This document shows, piece by piece, positions 1-9,230 of a DNA stretch of 64,000 nucleotides. The stretch is taken from the NCBI GenBank assembly GCA_965153285.1, contig OZ229110.1; one strand, 5' to 3'. The notes under the pieces were generated by a model. It worked only from the letters and a program-made list of their open reading frames with translations. It searched no databases and was not told the origin of the DNA. The position numbers and the translations under genes were made by a program. The first letter of the stretch is position 1. Each line of letters opens with the position of its first letter. Origin of the DNA: Podarcis tiliguerta (Eukaryota).

Positions 1-604
1 CACCCCTCAGATACATCCCACCTACATCACAGAAATTTTAAAATTTTTTTTCCTGTTGTTGTTTATCTCCTGTCTAGCAGGTTACTTGATTGGATTTCCT
101 GAGGAGCCTGGCCAGTCTTTTGTAATGATAAGGCTCACACCCTTATTCAAACACAGACATACCCTTAAGACAGGATTTGTGAAGGAAAAGATAATGGGGA
201 GGCTTTTTCCATTTTGACCTTGCAGAGAAAACAATTGGTTAGTTTAGGAATCAAAATGGTTCCAGGTTGGCCTTCCTGTGCTGATCTATGTATGTGCGGT
301 TATGAACATTACCATATATCTAAGACCATAAAATTCCTATCACAACAGCACAAAACAAATGACATAAAAACATGAAAAAGGGAGTTAGAGCCACAAAACT
401 TGCTGGATTAAATGGGGGGGGGGGGAGTAGCAATGGTAACTGTCTTGTCACCAATGCTACTCAATGCCCTACCAATTTGTTTTGATTCTGAAGAAAACTG
501 AAACGATGGCACTGTAATACTAAAAAGGAAACTACTTCTGTTCCACCACAGAGATAAATATTGGTTCCAGCCTTAAGGTCTAGTTACATGTACACCATGA
601 TATT

Positions 605-954
605 GGGACGCGGGTGGCGCTGTGGGTTAAACCACAGAGCCTAGGGCTTGCCGATCAGAAGGTCGGTGGTTCGAATTCCCGCGACGGGGTGAGCTCCCGT
701 TGCTCGGTCCCTGCTCCTGCCAACCTAGCAGTTTGAAAGCACGGAGTGCAAGTGGATAAATAGGTACCGCTTCGGCGGGAAGGTAAACGGCGTTTCCGTG
801 CGCTGCTCTGGTTTGCCAGAAGCGGCTTAGTCATGCTGGCCACATGACCCGGAAGCTGTATGCCGGCTCCCTCAGCCAATAAAGCGAGATGAGTGCTGCA
901 ACCCCAGAGTCGGCCACGACTGGACCTAATGGTCAGGGGTCCCTTTACCTTTAC
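605..954 (+). mobile_element. Sauria SINE (subfamily ending ...GGTCAGGGGTCCCTTTACCTTTAC)
   Basis: GGGACGCGGGTGGCGCTGTGG tRNA-like head with B box GGTTCGAATTCC; (ACCTTT)n tail; near-identical to copies at 52270 and 61630. Confidence 0.9.
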
Positions 955-2157
955 ACTGGTCTTAGATCTAACAGTAGGTTTGCAGGTACTGTGGCAGAAT
1001 GTTTTCACAACACCTACCTGATCCTTTAAAAAAAACCACATATGGAGTGAACCTGGGACTTTCTGCATGCAAAGCATCTACTACCACTGACAAATTATCC
1101 ATCCCCATAGAAAGGATAATGGAGGTAACCCCTCCCCCAACTGCCTTTTCTCCACTCCAACACTTCCTCCTTTTGTTGTTGGCATACAAAGGAATATAAA
1201 GGGAATCTTAAAAGGAGGGTTAGGACAGACCCAGAAAAAGTTTAAGTGAGGCCTGAGCAATATTGAATTCAGATCAGATGGCTGTGGGTAAAGTTTAGCA
1301 CACAATGGTTACACAAGGAACCCAACTGTGTACACATACTTTTAAAGAACATTTTATCCTGCCCAGAATTCTGGGTATTGGTGTTTTTTTTAAGTTTGAC
1401 AATAGGTAACTGAGTTCCCAGAATCCTTTGAGGGGAAAACACCCTTTAAATGTGTATAGTGAATACTCAACCCCTGTGACTCCATCTTCCCCCTTTGAAG
1501 GAAAAAGTCATCCTTCTCCTTGACTCCATCCACTGGGCTCAGAGTGGGAAAAGGGAGCCACATAAGACAGCCTGGTGCCATTGCAGGTTTCAGAGGCTTC
1601 CTACCCAGGGTGCTGCTATCATTAAGCCAACTAGGCAGTTGCCTAGGGTGCAGACCTCAAAGGGACTCAGGACTGGCCTTTGAGGGGCGCAGTTTTATAC
1701 AATTAGTTGTGCACTAAAACATTTTATTTTGCATTTGAGAAAGGCAATAATAGATAGTTGTATCACTTACGCTTCCAATTTAAAATAAAACGAGCAGTTT
1801 CAAGTTTTGTATTTTTATTTTTATTTTATTGCAAGATAATCGCTTTTTAACAGCAGCAGCAACAACAACAGAATATTAAAAACACGATAAAAGATAAAAC
1901 ATTTTTAAAAATCCCTAAACAGGGCTGCTTTATAAAACCGAAGTGAGCAATTTCTATTTCAGGGTGCAAGTAATTAGACTTGCCAAGGGCGCAAAATAGC
2001 CTGACGCCAGCACTGTTCCGGCCGAAGATTCGCTTTCTCATGCCCCCACATCCTGCTCTTTCCTTTTAGCACCACCTACTACACCCTGGCCGCCCGCCGC
2101 CGCTTGCTTTCCCGAACCTCGAACTCCGGGCAGCAGGCGGCGGCGAAGAGAAGCGGA

Positions 2158-2214
2158 GGGGCGGAGTTTGCGAGCTGTATGCAGATGAGGCGCCGCCGCG
2201 GAGCATTGTGGGGG
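2158..2214 (+). promoter_or_regulatory. U1 copy 1 distal sequence element (GC box, octamer, SPH/ZNF143 site)
   Basis: GGGGCGGAG 2158-2166; octamer variant ATGCAGAT 2179-2186 (-225); reverse-strand CCCCACAATGCTCCGCG (2197-2213) fits the SPH/Staf motif. Confidence 0.8.
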
Positions 2215-2343
2215 AGAGCGAACCGGGGCGTGAGGCGGGCAAGGAGAGATCGGGGCTCCGTCAGGCTGTGCCGACAGATGATGACCGATTGCGAGCGAGG
2301 GAAGGAAAGCGGGGACGGGGCACTCGGCCGGGCCTTGGTGTGC

Positions 2344-2364
2344 TCGCTGTGCTTTGAAGGGGTG
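2344..2364 (+). promoter_or_regulatory. U1 copy 1 proximal sequence element (PSE)
   Basis: TCGCTGTGCTTTGAAGGGGTG at -60 to -40, expected PSE position; conserved in the other two copies. Confidence 0.7.
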
Positions 2365-2403
2365 CGGGAGGAAGGCGGCCCGGGTCCGGTCTGATGAGAA
2401 AGC

Positions 2404-2567
2404 ATACTTACCTGGCAGGGGAGACACCTTGATCNNNNNNNNNNNNNNNNNNNNNNNNNNNNNNNNNNNNNNNNNNNNNNNNNNNNNNNNNNNNNNNNNN
2501 NNNNNNNNNNNNNNNNNNNNNNNNNNNNNNNNNNNNNNNNNNNNNNNNNNNNNNNNNNNNNNNNNNN
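2404..2567 (+). ncRNA. RNU1: U1 snRNA gene, copy 1 (nt 1-31 visible, rest masked by N 2435-2582)
   Basis: ATACTTACCTGGCAGGGGAGACACCTTGATC is the U1 5' end; DSE and PSE upstream; AAAACAGA after the N block fits the end of a 3' box (GTTTN0-3AAARNNAGA); end coordinate assumes 164 nt. Confidence 0.9.
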
Positions 2568-2904
2568 NNNNNNNNNNNNNNNAAAACAGAATAAATGTTT
2601 GCTGCCTAATAAAATTATTTTCGCCTACTAGGATTTTGATTTCTGTTTTGCTCAGCTTTTCAGTTGCCTGTTTGTCGGTGTTTGTGTGGAGAGCATTCAG
2701 AAAAGTGGCGTTTAGTCAGCAGGAAGAACTTGTGTAAGGAATGCCAGTTGCTGGGAATCACAAGCGGAAAAAGGGCTTCCCACAAGAGAGGCATCTGGTT
2801 GGCTGCCGTGAGAAGAGCGTTTCCGCTAGTGGGTCTTGGGTCTCAACCCGAAGGGCTTTTTACCTTACATTCTAATATTAACATAACATAAATGCTTATA
2901 ACAT

Positions 2905-3598
2905 AAATATGGTCTGAAGCTCAACATCAAAAAAACGAAGATCATGGCCACTGGTCCCGTCACCTCCTGGCAAATAGAAGGGGAAGAAATGGAGGCAGTG
3001 AGAGGTTTTACTTTCTTGGGCTCCATGATCACTGCAGATGGTGACAGCAGCCATGAAATTAAGAGGCGCCTGCTTCTTGGGAGAAAGGCGATGGCAAACC
3101 TAGACAACATCTTAAAAAGGAGACATCACCTTGCCAACAAAGGTCCGTATAGTAAAAGCCATGGTTTTGCCGATAGTGATGTATGGAAGTGAGAGCTGGA
3201 CCATAAAGAAGGCTGATCGCCGAAGAATGGATGCTTTTGAATTATGGTGCTGGAGGAGACTCTTGAGAGTCCCATGGACTGCAAGTAGATCAAACCTCTC
3301 CATGCTTAAGGAAATCAGCCCTGAGTGCTCACTGGAAGGACAGATCCTGAAGCTGAGGCTCCAATACTTTGGCCACCTCATGAGAAGAGAAGACTCCCTG
3401 GAAAAGACCCTGATGTTGGGAAAGATGGAGGGCACAAGGAGAAGGGGACGACAGAGGACGAGATGGTTAGACAGTGTTCTCGAAGCTACAAACATGAGCC
3501 TGACCAAACTGCGGGAGGCAGTGGAAGACAGGAGTGCCTGGCGTGCTCTGGTCCATGGGGTCACAGAGTCGGACACGACTAAACGACTAAACAACAAC
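2905..3598 (+). mobile_element. BovB (RTE clade) LINE, 5'-truncated 3' fragment
   Basis: RT C-terminal peptide (...[16 protein letters not shown]...[15 protein letters not shown]); (CAA)n tail; target-site duplication AATATTAACAT at 2874-2884 and 3599-3609. Confidence 0.9.
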
Positions 3599-3689
3599 AA
3601 TATTAACATGTATGTTTTCCACAGGCCGCTGTACAAAGTTGTTCAGCCTTCATATATATGAATTTATAATTTATATATAAAAAAAATTA

Positions 3690-4385
3690 TATGGTGCTTA
3701 GGGAACAACTTGCACCTTAATATCAGCAAGGCAAAGGAGATGGTGTTGGACTTTCAGAGGAAGAGAGGAGAACTAGCCCGGCTGTACATGGGGAGGGCTG
3801 TGTGGAGAGAGTCTCTTCCTTTAAATTCCTAGGAGTTTATCTCAGTGAAGACCTTACTTGGAAAATAAATACAACCCAGGTGGTTAAAAAAGTCCAACAG
3901 AGACTCCATCTCCTCAGAGTATTGTGAAAGAACGATGTCAATCAACATTTGATGATCTCCTTCTACCGGTCAACAATAGAAAGTGTCCTTTCATACTGCA
4001 TCACGGTGTGGTACTCTGGTTTGACATCAACTGAGAGGAAGTGCCTACAGAGGGTGGTGAATACAGCACAAGATATTATGGGCTGTCCCGTGAATCCGCT
4101 GGATGAAATAGCGGAAGAACGTTGCCTCAGGAGAGTGAAGAAAATTCTCAGGGATGATTCACACCCTGGCCGGCACTTTCTTGATCTCCTGCCCTCAGGC
4201 AGAAGCATGATTAGTCGCACCAACAGGGTCAAGAACAGCTTCTATCCATGGGCTGTTAGGCTGCTGAATGAAAAGAGAACTGACTTTCGGGTTTGGTGGG
4301 GGGGGGGATTAAGACTAAGAGAGCTGACTGGGGGGTGCGCGTGTAATCTCACTGTATACAAGTTGTACAAGCGACAATAAATTAT
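3690..4385 (+). mobile_element. Rex1/Babar-type LINE 3' fragment (decayed)
   Basis: [13 protein letters not shown]...FYRSTIESVLSYCITVWY...DSHPGRHFLDLLPSGR...RVKNSFYP, typical C-terminus of this clade; contains stop/frameshift. Confidence 0.75.
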
Positions 4386-5071
4386 TTCAAATATGTGCTT
4401 CTCCGGAGACAACGGCTTTCCAGCAGCGCCATCCTACGGCGTCCATGGAACGAGCAAGAGTGCAGAGGAACTACTGTAGACGTTCAGTATTGTTCAGCTA
4501 AAAGAGGTTTCTTTTCCAGGTTGCTGTCACTTTCAGATTATTTATTCTTAGTGGGTTTTCACCGTTTCCCCACGACCCGGGCGTTTCTTATTAATCCTGA
4601 GGCAACCGGTCATGCTCGTGTGGATTGTCTTCTCTGCCACTCTGTTTTGTCCAGTAGCTTCTCCTTCTGAGAGTAGCTCTAATTGCTTTCTCTGTGGTAT
4701 TTTGTTAACTATACTGTCACAAGTTTTCGGTTTTTAAAGTTTGTCCTGAGTAAAACTCAGTAGCTGAGGGAGGGCATGGGAGGAGCAGAGCAAAAGAGGC
4801 GGGAAAAATGGGCTGGGAATGTGAGCGAATACTGAAATCTATTTCTCCCGCCCTGTCTCCTGGGCTGTGGAGCCAAAGCGTGCCTGGTCATCGCCCTTGC
4901 AAGCCGGGTGCTCGGCAGCGCGAGGACGACAAGGCGAACGAACAAACTCTGCCTTAAACCAACTTCTCTTCTTCCTCCGGCGGTGCCCTAGAGAAGCGGC
5001 CGCTGGGACTGAGAGTCAGCAGCTCCGCCCCCTCTTTGGCCTGAACGCGGCTTGGCAGGGAAGGGCGTGAG

Positions 5072-5126
5072 GAGGCGGAGAGACTCCCGCATGCAGATGA
5101 GGCGCCGCCGCGGAGCATTGTGGGGA
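5072..5126 (+). promoter_or_regulatory. U1 copy 2 DSE (GC box, octamer, SPH)
   Basis: GAGGCGGAG 5072-5080, ATGCAGAT 5091-5098 (-223), CGCGGAGCATTGTGGGGA 5109-5126. Confidence 0.8.
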
Positions 5127-5253
5127 GGCGCGAACGGGGCGCGAGGCGGGCATGGAAAGGTCGGAGCTCCGTCAGGCTGGTCGGTAGATGATGCCCGGTT
5201 GCGGGCGAGTGAAGGGAAGCGAGGACGGGGCCCTCGGCCGGGCCTTGGTATGC

Positions 5254-5274
5254 TCGCTGTGCCTTGTTAGAGTG
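5254..5274 (+). promoter_or_regulatory. U1 copy 2 PSE
   Basis: TCGCTGTGCCTTGTTAGAGTG at -60 to -40. Confidence 0.7.
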
Positions 5275-5313
5275 CGGAAGGAAGGCGGCCCGGGTCCGGT
5301 CTGATGAGAAAGC

Positions 5314-5477
5314 ATACTTACCTGGCAGGGGAGACACCTTGATCNNNNNNNNNNNNNNNNNNNNNNNNNNNNNNNNNNNNNNNNNNNNNNNNNNNNNNNN
5401 NNNNNNNNNNNNNNNNNNNNNNNNNNNNNNNNNNNNNNNNNNNNNNNNNNNNNNNNNNNNNNNNNNNNNNNNNNNNN
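5314..5477 (+). ncRNA. RNU1: U1 snRNA gene, copy 2 (nt 1-31 visible, N 5345-5493)
   Basis: Identical 31-nt U1 5' end; promoter elements; AAACAGA 3' box remnant after the N block. Confidence 0.9.
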
Positions 5478-6109
5478 NNNNNNNNNNNNNNNNAAACAGA
5501 AGAGAAAATGCTGGTTGTCGTGTACTTTTCGTTAATCTCGGACTGCTTCCCGAAGCTTTCACCGCTTTTACTTGTTCTAATTATTTTATCCCTTTTGTAT
5601 GGTAATATAATTTTTTTAATCTGTTTTAGCGCTGTGCGATCTTTCAATATATTGGCCAAAATCGGTTTTGCGGGGAAACGATTCTAACCTTGCAATACGC
5701 AGCATTCTATCGCTCCTCATGGGAGAGAACAAGGCAGCCAATTTCAATACACATCCTCACGCCTGATCCCAAATTTCATTCAGACATCGTGATATATCGG
5801 AATATTGTAATGTTTAACTGCTGTTATATCACGACGTTGAAAATCAGGTATCGCTCAGCCCTAGTCTGTTTTTTAGTATACCTAAAATCCTTTGTTTATT
5901 AGGGCGGACTGGACTTAATGGTCAGGGGTCCCTTTGCCTTTAACCCACATTGTGTTAAAAAAAAATTTTTGCAGAAGAAACTACCATAGAGTGCAAATTC
6001 TTTGCAGAGGTAACTACCATAGAGTTATCAAAATTTTCAAAAGTAGGGGGGCCGTGGCTTGGCTTTTGAAAAATAGCGAGTCCTCATTAATTAGCAATTG
6101 GGAACACTG

Positions 6110-6260
6110 CTTAAAGCTTTTGACAAAATCCCCTGTGATATTATTGTGGAGAAGCTAGTAAAATGTGGACTGGACTCATAACTGTTAGATGGCGTTGTAG
6201 CCGATTGAGCAAAACCCAAAGAGTGCTTACTAACTGCTCCGCATAAACCTAATAAGGAAC
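6110..6260 (+). mobile_element. CR1 LINE reverse transcriptase fragment (old)
   Basis: Translates as KAFDKIPCDIIVEKLVKCGLD..TVRW..QRVL with frameshifts. Confidence 0.6.
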
Positions 6261-6454
6261 AAATCAAAAGACCCCATGACAGCTCTTGCATCTGTTCGCT
6301 GCGGTGGTGCCCTAACAGAGAAATATTACTTTCCCACTTTCACATTTCCCAGTTACACACTTCCTGCGTTAAAGTAAAAACTAACTAGCAGAAAGCAACC
6401 CAGCCTTAACCTAACACCAAGCATTTTCTCTTCTGTTTNNNNNNNNNNNNNNNN

Positions 6455-6618
6455 NNNNNNNNNNNNNNNNNNNNNNNNNNNNNNNNNNNNNNNNNNNNNN
6501 NNNNNNNNNNNNNNNNNNNNNNNNNNNNNNNNNNNNNNNNNNNNNNNNNNNNNNNNNNNNNNNNNNNNNNNNNNNNNNNNNNNNNNNGATCAAGGTGTCT
6601 CCCCTGCCAGGTAAGTAT
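6455..6618 (-). ncRNA. RNU1: U1 snRNA gene, copy 3 (nt 1-31 visible, N 6439-6587)
   Basis: Reverse complement of the same 31-nt U1 5' end at 6588-6618; 3' box remnant AAACAGA ending the N block on the - strand. Confidence 0.9.
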
Positions 6619-6657
6619 GCTTTCTCGTCAGACCGGACCCGGGCCGCCTTCCTCCCG

Positions 6658-6678
6658 CACCCCTTCAAAGCACAGCGA
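6658..6678 (-). promoter_or_regulatory. U1 copy 3 PSE
   Basis: Identical to the copy 1 PSE. Confidence 0.7.
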
Positions 6679-6807
6679 GCATACCAAGACCCGCCCGAGT
6701 GCCCCGTCCCCGCTTTCTTTCGCTCAGCCGCAGCCGGGCATCATCTATCGGCCCAGCCTGACGGAGCACCGACCTCTCCATGCCCGCCTCGCGCCCCGGT
6801 TCGCGTC

Positions 6808-6864
6808 TCCCCACAATGCTCTGCGGCGGCGCCTCATCTGCATACAGCTCGCAAACTCCGCCTC
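6808..6864 (-). promoter_or_regulatory. U1 copy 3 DSE (SPH, octamer, GC box)
   Basis: TCCCCACAATGCTCTGCG 6808-6825; octamer ATGCAGAT on - strand 6836-6843; GAGGCGGAG just upstream. Confidence 0.8.
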
Positions 6865-7470
6865 TCTTCGCCGCCGCCTGCTGCCCAGAGTTCGAAGAGG
6901 GCTCCGTAGCGCCGCGCCCGCCGCTCATAGCCAAGGAAAGTTCGAGGGAAACAAGCGGTGCTAAAAGTGGAAGGCGGGTGTTGCGCTGTTTCCCTCCACC
7001 TGTGCTTACGTTGTGTATTTGTAAATAAACTCAAATATTAACAAAATGCCCTAAGCCTCCAGTGGTCTCTTTTTCCAAAGGAAACCAATCCTGGGTTATG
7101 TGCTGTCCCTCTCTATCGCCTTCTACACAGAGAAGTGGGAAGGAAGTAACAATATGTTGTCTATGCAGAGGGAACAGAGTAGCCATTTTTGCCTTACTGT
7201 ATAAATTTCCCTCAAAAAGTAGCAGAAAACTCCCCTTTTTACTTTACACGTTTGTAAAGTCTTTCAGACATAGCTAACCAACTGGAGGAAACAGTGAATA
7301 GAGCTTCGTTGAGCACATCTCAGTCTGTTTCCACTTGACCGGGTTATCCATATAACTGGGGATTAAGGGAAACAAATTGCTAAAAGTGTCTATATTAATA
7401 ATTTTATTTTTTATATGTGACCCGTTTTAGTGGATTGCCTCAGCCTCTCTGGACGGAAGCCAGAAGAATA

Positions 7471-7700
7471 TACAGTGGTACCTCAGGTTAAGTACTTAAT
7501 TCGTTCCACAGGTCCGTACTTAACCTGAAACTGTTCTTAACCTGAAGCACCACTTTAGCTAATGGGGCCTCCTGCTGCTGCCACGCCACCGGAGCACGAT
7601 TTCTGTTCTCATCCTGAAGCAAAGTTCTTAACCTGAAGCAATATTTCTGGGTTAACGGAGTCTGTAACCTGAAGCATATGTAACCCGAGGTACCACTGTA
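7471..7700. mobile_element. Tc1/mariner-type MITE (TIR CAGTGGTACCTC, TA target)
   Basis: TACAGTGGTACCTC...GAGGTACCACTGTA; same family as 31800 and 41359 (opposite orientation). Confidence 0.85.
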
Positions 7701-9044
7701 TAAACACATGTCTGGCTAGAACATGGGAGAAAGAAGAACTCCAGCAGGCCACAATGTGTTGGCTAAACTTTGCCAACTGTTTTAATGATAGAAGGACCTA
7801 TCACTGGAATGTGGAATGCTTAAGCATCGGATTTAATAACTGAGTGCAAAGTTAGTGCATTTTGTGCATTTTATTTTTTTGTATTCCTTTTTATTTGTCC
7901 CTAAGTTCACAACATCTCAGACAACCTCTTGCTTCATAATAACATCCCACTCATCCTGTTTATTTTATGATAAACTGGGCACCAAAGCTATACAATTTAG
8001 GAATGATAAACTGAAACTACAGTATATAATGTCAGCAAAACCTAAGGGATAGAACCGGATACTTCTAATGGGCTTAAAGTATGTTTACTGCAACTTCCAG
8101 AGAAACTGAGGAAGAGTGCTCAAAATTATTCTGCCTGACAACACCAAGGGGCACATTAGAAATACACAGACAAGACTAATAACAAGCTACATTTGAATAT
8201 AAGAAAAGCAGTGCTAAGTTACTTAAGGGTTGCAGTCCTATCTATACTTAATCAGAGCAAAGCTCCATTGAATACAATGGAACTTACCTCTGAGTAAACA
8301 TGCATAAGGCTGTGGGCTGCTCACAGGCAAAATTGAAGTTCTTGTGAAGGTTTACAGAAGCTTTTACGAAAGTTTATTTACAGGCACACAGTTTTGGGTT
8401 TGGAGCTTTAGCAAAATGGGGGGTTGAGACTAGTCAAATAGCAAACATAAGAGGATACAGTTGGGCTTGTGGAAAGCTTAGCTTTTCCTGTAGGGGGCTT
8501 GGCAAGGTTTACATCAAAGGTTTACATAACCTGTGACATCCAGACATTGCTTGGCTACAGCTCCCAGCATCCCTTCTTACTGACCATGCTGGCTGGAGCC
8601 AGTAGAGGTTGGGTCCCTTGGCAGAACAGTCATGTATAAGTATGATAAATAAAAACCTGGAGGGCTCCAGGTTAGCGAACCCTGGATCAAATTGTAGGTC
8701 ACCCTTCATCAGCCTAGTGTGGTCCAGATGTTTCTATCAGCCCCAGTGAACATGGACATAATGAGAGTAACACAGCATGTAGAACTGACAATGGACATGG
8801 CGGCCATTTAGGAATACCAACAGATGGAAAGGAGGAGGTTCCCCACCCCAGAATAGTGCCTTTCATATACTTTACTCCATAAAGTAATCAGCCTATTGAT
8901 GGCACTATGTGCTCTTTACAAAGTCCAATCTCAATCATTACATTGGTATGTAGTGGAGATTTGATGTTGACATTGGCCGGCCTCATCCTCAAGCGATAGC
9001 TTTGTTTTATAGTCACATGTACCAGTTGCCATGATAACTGTGCA

Positions 9045-9230
9045 TTAACCTTGGTTCAGCTCTTTGGGGCAAGTGGAGGATTTAAATGCATCTGGTATTT
9101 CACTATCTAGTTTGGAAATTATTTTGTAAATCGGCTTTTTCCAGGACGGGTCCGAGTCCTTCCCTGCCCTGACAGCACTAAAGAACTCCTGAAGGGTCAG
9201 ACTAGCAACATCCAGGAAACCATCAGGAAC
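9045..9230 (-). CDS. PROX2: PROX2 last coding exon ([17 protein letters not shown]...ELNQG*)
   Basis: Acceptor CTGTCTGTAG; stop TAA 9047-9045. Confidence 0.93.
   Translation of the reverse strand, partial: VPDGFLDVASLTLQEFFSAVRAGKDSDPSWKKPIYKIISKLDSEIPDAFKSSTCPKELNQG

Noticed and set aside
1-600. YLPM1 3' exons expected by synteny
   Set aside because: No recognisable coding exon in this stretch
2038-2737. ORFs over the U1 promoters (also 4954-5659 and 6411-7034)
   Set aside because: GC-rich promoter DNA and N runs inflate ORF length; no recognisable protein
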